49,295 nucleotides of DNA from Priapulus caudatus (lineage: Eukaryota), in NCBI RefSeq assembly GCF_000485595.1, contig NW_014577063.1, forward strand, positions 1,306,314-1,355,608, given 5' to 3'. Positions within the stretch are counted from its first letter, which is position 1. Every line of letters starts with the position of its first letter. Both the position numbers and the translations under genes were made by a program. Below are positions 37,100 through 49,295 of the stretch, one piece after another. Below the pieces are notes generated by a model that had not been told where the DNA came from, did not search any database, and saw only the letters and a list, made by a program, of their open reading frames with translations.

Positions 37100-39160
37100 T
37101 CTGAAGTTCGATACTGAATACAATTACCTTAGCACATTGGTACTTGTTAAGTTCGTATGATATGTATGACATATATGTGTTAATGGTTACAGGCGTATAC
37201 TGGTGGTACTTTGTTGCTAAGATCTGACGAATTACGGGTATACATTGTATGACTTGACAGCAGGTAGATTATTAACAGTTAATGTAATTCACAGGCGTAA
37301 CCTTGACAACGTTAATTTTCGACATATCCCTGAAACATGGTAATTGTACATAGGTTAAGTCGATAAAGGAGTATTTATACTTTTGAATGGTAAGCAGGGT
37401 ATACTTTTGTAAATAGCTGTGGTCAATGGACCGATATACCGGTGGATACATTGGTATAATGGTACATGCGAGTCGATATTAGTGATACAGGTTAACTTTT
37501 TAATGTGCACAGGCGTATATCTTTCATACTGGGGCTAATTTGAATATTATACCCTGGAACAGTGGTGCTTGTGATTGGTATTCGATATGAGGGTAAGGGG
37601 ATATTGTGAAGTGCACAGCGGTATACTGGGGATCGATACTGTGGTAATGGACGAAGTTTACCGGTGATTACATGTAACTTGGTGACAGCATGGTCGGGAT
37701 GAGTGTAACAGGTTAACCTGAATGGTGCACCGGTACTGTTAAACTTTTTGTTCTAAACGACGACACCGTGGAACATGGAACTGTACAGTCGATGTCAAGG
37801 GGTTCAGGTTTATACTGTTTTACATTTGCACAGGGGATAACTGTGTAATAACTATTCAAATCAACGATTTTATCGGTTGTACATTGTAAACTTGTGGACT
37901 AGGCGATGTGATAAGGCACATGGTATTTTTAAGACAGGTTAACGGTACCTACGGTGAAAATGGACGAACACTCGGTACCATTAATTTGACATCGATGCAT
38001 ATATGGTAAGCAGGTGTATAGAATGGTGGCCACAGGCTATTTGGTACAGTACTTGGCAAATCGACCTATTAACACTGTGATACATTGGTACGGTACTCTA
38101 TTGTCGATATATAGGGAACAGAATACTTTAATGGACAGGCTAATCTGTTACTAACTTCTAAATCTGACGGATACATCATCACCGGGATACATGATATACT
38201 GTGGACATGCTAGCGATATTTAGGGGATATATTAAGCGTTAATGTGGCACCTGGCGTATACGTGTGCGAACTTGGTAAATGCGACATGTTACGTTGATCA
38301 GGTATACGGGACGAGCGTAATCGAAGTAATACAGGTGTAGACTTGGTGTAAGAGTGCACAGCTGGATATCTGTGACAACTCTAAATCTCTGACGATATAC
38401 CTTGGACATGGGTTTACTGGTGACATGCGATCATAGTAGGTAACAGGTGTAAATGTTGAATGGTCCAGCGTATACTGTACGAACTGGTCTAAATCTACGA
38501 TATTAACTGGGTTAACAGTGTTAACTTGTTGAATGATGCTATGTTAGGGGGGAACAGGGGGATACTGTGTAATTGGCACAGGCTATACGTGTACGAACTT
38601 GCCATCTGACATATGCACCGTTGGATAATTGTATACGGCATACGAGGTCATTATAGGTAACTGTAACTTTATGCACAGGCGTATACTGGGACGATATTGT
38701 CAAATTACTAATGGACCGGTTAAACTTGTAATACTACATCGCGTAGTCAAATTAGTGATACAGGGATCTTTTAGATGGGGCACGGAATTGTTAGATGGTT
38801 AATGGACGATATCCGGATGGAACATGGGTAACTGGTAAGTATATATGTAGGGGTATACATATGATACGGGGGGAATGTGTGAACAAGCGATACTGTTAAT
38901 ATTGGAAACTACTATATTCACGTTTATAATGAATCATTCGTCGATTGGTAACAGGGTTAACAGGTATAGGATGGCACAGAGGCTATATGTACATACGGGG
39001 TTCAAATGACGAATCACGGTTAACAGGGTAACCGGTAATGCATGTCGGATATGGTTACATGATTTGTAATGGTGAACAGGGCGTATATACAACGCTAAAC
39101 GATATACCTGTGATAAGGTGAATGACAGTCTATGTCATTATGAGGTAACAGATCTGTAGT
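37100..39160. repeat. Highly degenerate ~105-110-bp tandem array, ~19 copies
   Basis: A motif like aatggtgcacaggcgtatactg recurs about every 100-113 bp (37189, 37290, 37395, 37508, 37615 ... 39075). Divergence is mostly indels. Confidence 0.75.
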
Positions 39161-39447
39161 GACCGTAACGTCAACTGAATATGACGAATACGAAACAGAA
39201 CTAACAAGAATTATACAATATATCACAACTGTAACAAACTACTAATATGAAATCACAAAAAAGAATAACGGTTGGCTGTGTGGTAAGGGCCTTCTGCAGT
39301 AAAAATAAAAAATAATTTTTTTGTTGTTTGCATGTGGGGGTGTTTTTTGGGTGGTGATTGTTGGGGGGGTTGTGGTGTCGTGCGTGGCCGATGGGGGGTA
39401 CAAAGATGTGTGGGTTCTAGAAATTAAGGAGTGTATAAGTAAATTAT

Positions 39448-39820
39448 ATGATAGAGGTATGACGATTACGGTTTGTGTGGCGTATACGTGGCGTGCAGCG
39501 AGCGGGCAAATATTACGTTGTATATACTAATATTGTAACGCAGAACGGTTTAGTTCACGAGAGGCGTTTTAATATGCTTTGCCTTAGAAAATGAGAATAA
39601 CACCACGCGCATAACCGCACGCAGTCACATACACACGACACACACACACACACAACCACACACACAGGCCACACACACACACCACACACACACAACCACA
39701 CACGAACACACACACAAGCACACACAACACAAACCACACACAACAGCATCACACACACATTCACACACACACACATCACACACACACACACACACACACA
39801 CCACACACATGCACTATATA

Positions 39821-39856
<36 letters not shown>

Positions 39857-40484
39857 GGCAGGCGCACGCCACCGCGCACACGCACACGCACAGACGCAGA
39901 CGCACATGCACACGCAGAGCGACACAGCACATCGCACACGTACACGCAAATCGCGCGTATGTAAAGTGCTAGGTCGATTATCTTATCTTGTAGCGCTGAA
40001 TGTAACTGTTTTATGTAGGTAACGTTTTATGAAATCTAGAAAAATGCAAATTTTCAATTATAACTTAAAGTAAAATCCCATTTTTTCATCATTATAATGT
40101 TTGATGTATAAATTTCCGATTAATAAAGCATTGGAAAAGATGTCCGTCGATAAACATTATAATTTTTTCCAATACGTGATGGAATCTGATACGCCTCTAT
40201 TAAAATCCAAGTTCCCCTCCACCTCAACCGCAAGATATATATATCCTTGCTATTCACGATGCTGATATCAAAAGAAAATATATAGTTCTAATAAAATATG
40301 CGGTTGCACGGCCGAGATGCCTCCATCATCAATGGCAATCATGCCAGTCATTGGCTCTTCCATCTTCTGAAGTGGTCGCCGGCCGCTATTGCAATGATTG
40401 CCTGTTTCCCCTATTTGTTACGGCAGATGAATTGTTTACCATATCGACGAAATGAAGCGCGACTGAAAGCCGATATATACATAT

Positions 40485-40521
<37 letters not shown>

Positions 40522-40738
40522 TACTCCTCGTATGCGAGCGTTTCTACATCATCCTCGGCATTTCGCCGATCCGGATCCTGACCCGGATTTTTTCTCGGGA
40601 TTTCGCGCCGAGGTGCGGGCGAGGTTTTTACGAAACGAATTTGCGCATGCACAGACATCACGAATATCGGGTTATTGACACGCAAATGCATGATCTCGCG
40701 CTGCTCATCGGCTCTGGCGATGGACCGTCACCAACTCT
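39448..40738 (-). other. Probable inverted long-read gap fill (assembly artefact)
   Basis: 40621-40738 is an indel-ridden reverse complement of 36839-36945. 39448-39640 is an indel-ridden reverse complement of about 40820-40989. Confidence 0.75.
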
Positions 40739-40745
40739 TGTGTCG

Positions 40746-40830
<85 letters not shown>

Positions 40831-41127
40831 CGTGCGTGCGCGTGTGTGTATTCTCATTTCTAAGGCAAAGAATATTAAACGGCTCTCGTGACTAAACGTT
40901 CTGCGTACAATTATTATATATACCAAGTAATTTGCCCGCTCGCTGCGCCACGTATACGCCACACAACCGTAATCGGATACCGCTATCATGAATGGCAACC
41001 TTATAACACGCCGCGTTAATGTCGCGTGGAATTACAATAACACATATACGAGCAAATTACCGGTTTGCGCTCGGGGTAGAGGTCGGGGTCACGACAATGG
41101 AAGCAGGCGGAACGGCAGATCCACGCT

Positions 41128-41160
41128 TATAAATGCAAATCGTCGTGCGCTCCGATTAGT
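41128..41160 (+). promoter_or_regulatory. Candidate TATA + Inr core promoter of the plus-strand secreted-protein gene
   Basis: TATAAAT at 41128 and TTAGT with its A at 41158 (30-nt spacing). Possible donors at 41288 or 41382 for a non-coding first exon. Confidence 0.4.
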
Positions 41161-44149
41161 ACACGGCCAGGAAATAGCACGCGAACAATTGTGTTACAGT
41201 CCCCGGATGTCGTCCTCGTCGGCTAACTCTAGAAGCGTCTGAGTTGATAAGGGGCACGTCGACAGATGTTGGTTGCGCTCAACGCAGGTGACAGACACGC
41301 TCCGAGCTGCGGGTTATACGTGGACGCATGAACCATCGACGTAGCACGCAGGGAACGACGCAATAGGAGACTCAGAGTCGGGTAATGTTGGCGTACTTAT
41401 TGAATGCGATGTTGTGAAAACGTTTGTGTATTCTTCGGCATGCAGCGACCGTTTTGTGCTCGGTGTGTTATTTGTAGAGTGAGCATTCTAGCACAGTTTA
41501 GCTGTCGCTATATATTTCAGTAACCTGCGGTTAGCGGTTAAAGAGATAATAGCCCAGCTGGGGACTGCGTGTTAGAGGGGAAAAGTGGATTGAAAAATGT
41601 TTCAATGCGAATTTGCAAGTCATTGGTAGAATTTGCGCGGCGCTAGCTGCCATGCATCTGTTTGGTAGCTGCTAACTGGTAAAACTTATGCATGTTGTAT
41701 AGATGCATGTTTCCTTAAATGGGAGTTAATCACTCATCGTATAGAGGAGTGTGACGTCACTGACTATATTTGCAGAAGAGCGGGGCCCCAGCTCCCGCGT
41801 CTCGTCTAAATTTAGATGATGCTTACATGGAAGCGGATAGTTTCCTAATAATATCATTATAGCACATGCCGCCTTTGATCTTTCAAGGTAACTATATCTC
41901 ATCAATTCACAAGAGATTGCAATGAAGTCATAGTTCTGCGCGCAATTGTCGGATTGATATTTGCACGACAACGTAATAATTGATGTTATCGTTTAAAATA
42001 CCTTATTAGCATCTTCCGGTTTTATCAGAACCGGGCTGTAATAATGTCGAAGCCTGGATGCCACAGCCGCGACTAAACCTATGTTACTTGTATGAAAGAG
42101 GATAGATTTGTAAGCATATAATATGTTAATACTAATATTAACAATTATTAAGCAGAGGATATAAGATATACTCATGTACTCCGGGATAAAATGCGGAACG
42201 ATAGCCATCTCGCGACACGCTACAGATAACCCGGAAATACACCCGAATATCGAACCCAATATCGATTGTTCATTCTTCCAGTTTTCTAAGTTCGAGTTTT
42301 TAGTGGCTTCAGGCGTTTTCTCATATGGCTTTCGATATAGTTTAACTGGTGTGGGAAACGCCACGCGGATTCGCTGCGCAACGAATAGTTAACAATGTAA
42401 GGCAATTGACGTTTAGTTAAAAACAAGACATTTTTTTTAGAGCTGTACGTTGCTACAGAACACCAATGTATGCTCGTATGTGCGCAGGAGCGCTTGTGTG
42501 CACAGCGGTGCTTGCGTGCAGATACGTGTATATCCATACGCAGATGACATGCATTTTTTTGCTAAAAAGAGTAAAATAATGAGGATAATTGATGTTTTTT
42601 GCCACGCAATAGCGATTCTAAATTTATACGTGTGTAATCTAAATGTAATTCTCTGAGTATCCGCCAATACTGTCATTTTCGTATACTACAAAATGATGTT
42701 CTTAACTGCTATTTGAACCCAGGTACCCACGCTTACTTATAGACGCAATTTGGTCATTTAGTCGCGCTCAAATGCATATAAAATTGGGGTAAAAATTATC
42801 CAAGATGATGTCATTTACTTGAAATCTCGTCGCACGTGAGATTAGGCGCGTGTTGTGTAAGGTTCACGAGTATGAGAGAGCGAATAGGCGTCATATATAT
42901 ATAGATATATATCATATATATATATGATAGTATATAGAGTACTATACATAAGTATGTGTGTGTGTGTGTGGGGGTGGGGTGTGGGTAGCTGTGTGCGTGG
43001 CTGGCGTCCGAAGGTGCGCCCCGGGGCGCGGGGCCCGGATGCTGTGCGTTGTGGTCGCACGGCCCAAGGGATGTGTGTGTGTCGTGTGTGTGGGTGTGTG
43101 GGCTTGTTGTGTCGCCGCATGTGTGTGCGTGTTGTGCTTGTGTGTGTGGTGTGTGTGAGCTGTGGTGTGTGTGTGTGTGTGCTTGTGTGCGCGTGCGTGT
43201 GGTGTGTGGTGTGGAAAGGGGGTGGAGGGGTTGGAGTGCGCGCCGCGCCGTGCGTAGTGGCATGTTGTGTGTATTTGTGTGGTGTGTGTGTGTGGTGTTG
43301 TGTGTGTGTTGGCTGTGTCAGTTTTTGTGCGTTCAAGCATGCCTACAGTGCATGCCTATTATAACTGTAAGGTACGGACTGATGGGAAATTGTTCCGCTG
43401 TGCTGTAGATTGAGCCTCTGAATGAATGTAGGTAGAAAATGATGGAAGCGATCACGTTACGACTTTGTCTCACGGCCGTTGACTGCGCAAGTATCGAGTC
43501 TGTACTTACACATTAGAGGTGCTCGTTTTATGCAGAACCTCAACGGCAACGTCGCGAATATTCGGGCTGGTCGCTTGCTCTCCGGGTTTTCACAGCAAGA
43601 CAATAGACTGGCCCCCTTTCGCAACTATCAATAGTACAAAACAGATTCATTAGTCAATCCAAATGAGATTTGTATGAATACAGCGTTAAATAGATTTATA
43701 TTCACCAGATTTAGTCGCACATATTGTAGAAAGTGTAGTTATTCTAACACACGTATATATATATATTTTATATATATATAATAGTATATGATATATATAT
43801 AATGTATAATATATAACAATAAATTCAAAATATACTATATGGATGTCGCATATTTCTTCATTATACATGCAATGGAGCCTTTTCGAACAACGTCCTTTCT
43901 CATGGTATTTGCAGAGTGGTGAAATGATTGAATTTGAATTTGAACAGAATTGGCCGTGAATTGACAGAATCCATCTGTCAAAAGCCTATCGGAAGACACG
44001 TGCTAGTTGCTTGAAAGGCTGCGTCGTTATCTGAAAATTTAAGTTACAATAGATGGACGATGGGCTATACCTATATTTTTGAATTTAATGTTATATAATT
44101 ACACATATATATATATATATATATATTATATATTATATATATATGATAA

Positions 44150-44555
44150 TACTAAAATACATTACATACGATACATACATACATACATACATACATACAT
44201 ACATACATACATAAGCAGACATACATAGCATACATAGCATACATACTATACATGAATACTACATACCATTACATACATACTTACATAGGCATACATACAT
44301 ACATACATACCATACATAAATACATCATCAATTACATACATACAGTACATACATACAGACATAACATACATACATCACATTACATACATACATATCATAC
44401 ATACATACATACCATACATACATACATACAATACTATACATACAATACATACATACAATACTATACATACATACATACATACAGTAACATAGTACATACA
44501 TACATACATACATACATACATACATACATACATACATACATACATACATACATAC
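44150..44555. repeat. (TACA)n microsatellite, partly noisy
   Basis: Directly visible; the centre is indel-rich. Confidence 0.9.
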
Positions 44556-45819
44556 CAGTAACGTTCATTTTCTTATCATAGAACGTTTTATTAGATCACA
44601 CATTGAGAGTTTTTTTTCGAATATATCGATCTATAAAGACTGACTATGGTAGTCCGGGTAGGAGGGTATGGCTGCTACTACTGCACGGTTTGTATGGCCA
44701 CTGATGCACACATTCATTCCAAGACTGCTTCGATTTTCAGCATTTCGCGGGTTTTTACGTAACGATTCAGCATTGATTTTAGGTGAGAAAAAAGCTTCAC
44801 ATTTCCTTAATTAACGCTCGTCCAGGTTCGATTTTTGTACATTCTGTCGCAGATAAAAATCTTCCTATATAGATACAATTCACGCCATTAACAATGTGCG
44901 TTACACACAAAAGCTGCAAGAAAATATCGTCCACTTTTGTGATTGGCATGATTTATTATTAAAACCAGTATTTGAAGTGAAGAAAGAGTGTGGAAGAAAG
45001 AGAGCAAAAATCGAAAGGAGGAAATTAAAGGGAAGGAACGGAAAGAGCGTGTAAAAAGTGGCAAAATGCGATCAAACGCGTTCGAGGAGAATAAAGCGGG
45101 GATTAGGTATGTAATGATCAGAACGAGGGTACAGGCACCAAGAAAATGAACGTAGGAATCGGTTGAATATTATTGATCGCCCGACACTCTTTTCACTATT
45201 TTGCGATGAGACGATTCTGCATGAATTCATTATGCATGGCACCTGCGGCATAGCTAACATCCTCGTTCAAGATTTGCCCTCTTAAATGTGAGAGGTCGAC
45301 TAGTATCCACTTAACTTTCGCATCCAGTCTTAAGCGTTTACATCCCATCGCTGTTAAGAGTTTTCTAGAAATATTACAATCTCATACATCATGCGATATA
45401 GTCGCGGTCATTTATCCACCAGCACGTAAAATTAATCAGGGCTCGGAGAAGTTGATTAGCGGTCATTTATATACTATTGTAGTTGGAATAATAAGTTTGT
45501 CACATTTCCATTGAGTAGTCACTGTGGGCGGTCACGCGAATATTTAGTTTACGCCCATGTTTCTAGTCTAAGTTCCTGCGTTCTAAATTGACGAAGAAAA
45601 CATTCGTATCGTCCTATCGCGTCTATCCTATCTATCGTGTGCAGCAAAAATGCTTCTCACTTTATAATCATTGTCTACATGATTTGGTACGTATTTGGTA
45701 TGAACATGGTACTGCGGAATTAGTTACATTCACAAGCATATGAGTTAGCCAAGTTTTCACAACGAGTATGCAACGCTGTACCGATACATAAAACTGGAAC
45801 GGCTCCCTGTCTCTTCTCT

Positions 45820-45908
<89 letters not shown>

Positions 45909-46503
45909 ACTCTCTCTCGCTCTCTCTTTCTTTCTCTTTTTCTCTCAGCTTTACTTTCTCCTAGTCTTTCTCGCTTTCCTCTCTGGCACTCTGTCTGTCT
46001 GTCTGGCTGGCTGGCTGTCTGTCTGTCTGTCTGTCTGTGTGTCTTCTCCTATCTTTATATTTTCATCCCATCACTAAAAATAGCCATAACCACGCAATAG
46101 TATAATGCATTAACATTAAAAGCTTTTAACGATAATGTGAATCTTGCGTTAGCTTCTCCCGTATGATTTCGGATTACCTACAGACTTTTCCTTTCATTTG
46201 TGCGAAGTGAAAATATCACTTTTTGCCGTCATTTATAACGGAGAATGTGATAACTCTCCAAGAGATTTACGCTACTTTTATTACCCGAGATTATACCAAC
46301 TTTACGTTATATACGCCAGCTATATCAGCCACCCTTGTCGTGGCCTGGAAACACTATAGGCCGTGTAACTATCTGCACAATATGCTCAAAATGAATCTAG
46401 TGTATGTTTTGCCGTGAAGTAGTCACGCTTGAAGACTGGAACAGAAACTAAAGCAAGTCGGACAGTTCACGAGCATAATGGTACCACTAGCTTCAGTTTT
46501 ATC

Positions 46504-46548
<45 letters not shown>

Positions 46549-46588
46549 TGCGTGCATGCGTGCGTGCATGCATGTGTGCGTGCGTGAG

Positions 46589-46652
<64 letters not shown>

Positions 46653-46804
46653 TGTTNNNNNNNNNNNNNNNNNNNNNNNNNNNNNNNNNNNNNNNNNNNN
46701 NNNNNNNNNNNNNNNNNNNNNNNNNNNNNNNNNNNNNNNNNNNNNNNNNNNNNNNNNNNNNNNNNNNNNNNNNNNNNNNNNNNNNNNNNNNNNNNNNNNN
46801 NNNN

Positions 46805-46869
<65 letters not shown>

Positions 46870-47290
46870 GACATATATATCCTCGTGCATGTCGATCTAG
46901 GTATCATAGCGCGCGTGCTACAAAATTGGTTTTGCAAAATCGCGTAGAGGTTTTGTGAGTGAAGTGTTGAGAAGTTGGAAAGAATATATAGATGAAATCT
47001 GAAGAGAGCAAGCAGAGCTGCGTGAGTTTGGTAAGCGTGTTTTATCCGTACGAGTCGGTGTTGAGCGAATAAGAGTTCATGAGCGAATGGGAGCGAATGG
47101 GGGGGTGTTGGGCGAGGTTGGTGGTTGCGCTATGTGGTTGCGATAATTGTTATATGATATTCGATGCCGTGGAGGTTATCTGACGTTTGAAATGAATAGG
47201 TTGTCTATAGTTTAACTTGCTTAGATTTTGATCGGGTTCGTCGAACTTTGTTATCTGTTAAAACACTCAAAACTGGTTATGACAGAAGAG

Positions 47291-47352
<62 letters not shown>

Positions 47353-47393
47353 GCGCGCTCTCTGCGGTTGCTCATATATGCTTTCGTGTGGCG

Positions 47394-47493
47394 CTATGGA
47401 AGCTAGGTGTAACTAATGTAACTAGGTGTAACTATGGAAGCTAGGTGTAACTAATGTAACTAGGTGTAACTATAGAAGCTAGGTGTAACTAAT
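47394..47493. repeat. ~38-bp tandem repeat x~2.6
   Basis: ctatggaagctaggtgtaactaatgtaactaggtgtaa repeated. Confidence 0.85.
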
Positions 47494-47838
47494 TGTACGT
47501 GTGCGCGCGTGTGCGCGTATTTACATTGTAATATGGTATCACCCATGTGTTGCGTGTAAATCATTATAATCCCACAATCCCGGCATATCATCCACAATCC
47601 CGGCATATCATTTGCTGTGGGCAAATTTGTGCCGTGCCTTTAACGAATTTGTGTCATTTTCATAACACCAGGCACTGTATCCAAGCGTGGTCCACATATA
47701 CTAGAGCACATATACTACATACTACTATTCTACATACTACAACATATACTAGAGCACAGTTGTATGAAACGCATTACCTTGCCTCTCACATTTATATCAT
47801 CGTTTTATTTTTTGCAGGGATCAAGTGACTCAAACAAA

Positions 47839-47868
47839 ATGATAGGATTTATTATTATCGCCCAAATG
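47839..47868 (+). CDS. Second secreted Gly/Pro/Tyr-rich protein, first coding exon
   Basis: ttttgcag acceptor at 47816-47817 and caaacaaaATG context. Translation MIGFIIIAQM|gtatgt, phase 0. Joined to the next exon it gives the signal peptide MIGFIIIAQMLLLAPLGFA-MP. Confidence 0.82.
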
Positions 47869-48411
47869 GTATGTTTTTATTAGTTATATTTGCGAAAAAT
47901 ACATGTTTTAAATACTTATTTTACTACGAGTATTTCGTCCGTATGGAAAATGCATAGTTTTTAATAATATTATCATTATCATTCTTCTTGAACTTCTTCT
48001 TCTTCTTCTTCTTCTTATTATATTATTTTATTTTATTATTAATAACTTGTTAAGGTTATAATTTCATAGAGCGCAATAAGCTCGCTCTGTGATGATCAAG
48101 TATAGGTTAGGAATAGTACATTGGATAGGTAGCTAGAGCATAATCAGCAACACAGTAATAAGCAGGCGTGCACGTGTTATGTGATCAAGCGCATAATTCT
48201 GCCGTAGCTTGATTACCCTCTCATGGTATTATACGCTAGCGCTTTAATCCCTGTCATGACGTCGCGTTACTAACTAGAATTATCCAACTAAATCCATCAG
48301 CTACCGTCATGCATAACTACAGTTATGTGATGCTCGAAATCCATAAGCTAATACTCACAACTGATATAAGAGCTACACGGGTGCGATTCGGGTGCATTAT
48401 AACAGGGATCT

Positions 48412-48487
48412 ATATTATCAGGAGTATAGATAATAGGGAACATTCCCTATATAGGGGGATTCCCTATCATCTACTCCTGATATTATC
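48412..48487. repeat. Imperfect palindrome / mini-MITE with ATCAGGAG ends
   Basis: tatcaggagtatagataatagggaa ... ttccctatcatctactcctgata. Confidence 0.7.
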
Positions 48488-48601
48488 ATAGACATAATTA
48501 TACACGCACATGTGTTTGTATAATATCTATGATATTATAGGCTCCTGAATATATCCCGCTATATATCTCCTGATTATATCCCACGCGTGTGTTTACTGCA
48601 G

Positions 48602-49033
48602 CTGCTATTGGCTCCTCTGGGATTCGCCATGCCAATATCGCACGGATACGCGGGAATAAATCGGCCGCCGGGCGGAGGAGGAGGCGGCACACCACCGAGA
48701 GGTCACCCGCAGGTCACTCGCACTGGACTAGGAGGAGGCTACCAGGTAGGCGGACCTGCATACCCGGGTGCTGCGCCCGTGGGTTACGGTCAGCCGACAA
48801 ACTACGGACCACCGCCCGCGTACGGGCCTCCCCCTGGTTTCTCGTCGCCCGCTTACGAACCACGCGAACCTGGGATGGGTTACGATCCAGAGTCGGCGCC
48901 GGCCGGTCCGCCACCAGTGCAGTACGGTTACGAGGGGGAAGGATATGGCAACCACCTCCCTGGTCAGAGCCCGCTGCAGGCACGCATTGACTACGGTTTC
49001 CCCGCAGGCGGTGGCGGTGGCAGACGTGGAGAG
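48602..49033 (+). CDS. Second secreted Gly/Pro/Tyr-rich protein, next exon (gene continues past the window)
   Basis: ctgcag acceptor. Translation LLLAPLGFAMPISHGYAG..NYGPPPAYGPPPG..SPLQARIDYGFPAGGGGGRRGE. Donor gag|gtgcgt, phase 0. Confidence 0.85.
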
Positions 49034-49093
49034 GTGCGTTGTAATAGGGAAAGATGAGGCTTTCGTTAGACGCGTGCATATCTGATGTTATAA

Positions 49094-49295
<202 letters not shown>

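Noticed and set aside
37100..39160. CRISPR-like array or EGF-repeat coding region
   Set aside because: The whole unit is repeated with no unique spacers, the context is eukaryotic, no cas genes are present, and no consistent Cys pattern or open frame is visible.
42780..43340. Novel diverged TG-rich repeat (also 18770-19010 and 39600-39950)
   Set aside because: Indel-scrambled microsatellite typical of uncorrected long-read fill; cannot be interpreted biologically.
46992..47030. MKSEESKQSCVSL|gtaagc as first coding exon of the plus gene
   Set aside because: It is hydrophilic. The 47839-47868 exon gives a proper signal peptide with a better start context.

Overview
Repeat-rich animal (invertebrate-type) genomic DNA from a draft assembly, with six N gaps and stretches that look like uncorrected long-read fill. 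Three intron-containing genes can be reconstructed by hand. (1) A + strand globin X-family gene: three exons at 22185-25754, introns at B12.2, E18.0 and G7.0, first coding exon not found. (2) A - strand four-exon gene (35834-29174) for a large secreted, modular low-complexity protein with no Cys in its sequenced part: YGPP heptads, YYDDGGRGRGRGG, GGPP, FGGG, DSR/PPY and His-rich blocks; about 1120 aa sequenced, about 1350 aa if the gap is coding. (3) A divergently oriented + strand gene (47839 to the window end) for a second secreted Gly/Pro/Tyr-rich protein that shares a split signal peptide and the PPPAYG and PLQAR motifs. The segment between genes 2 and 3 appears to contain a mis-oriented gap fill. 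The rest is a deleted Ty3/Gypsy remnant, MITE-like and Helentron-like elements, minisatellites and many microsatellites. Most ORFs in the supplied track are microsatellite artefacts.
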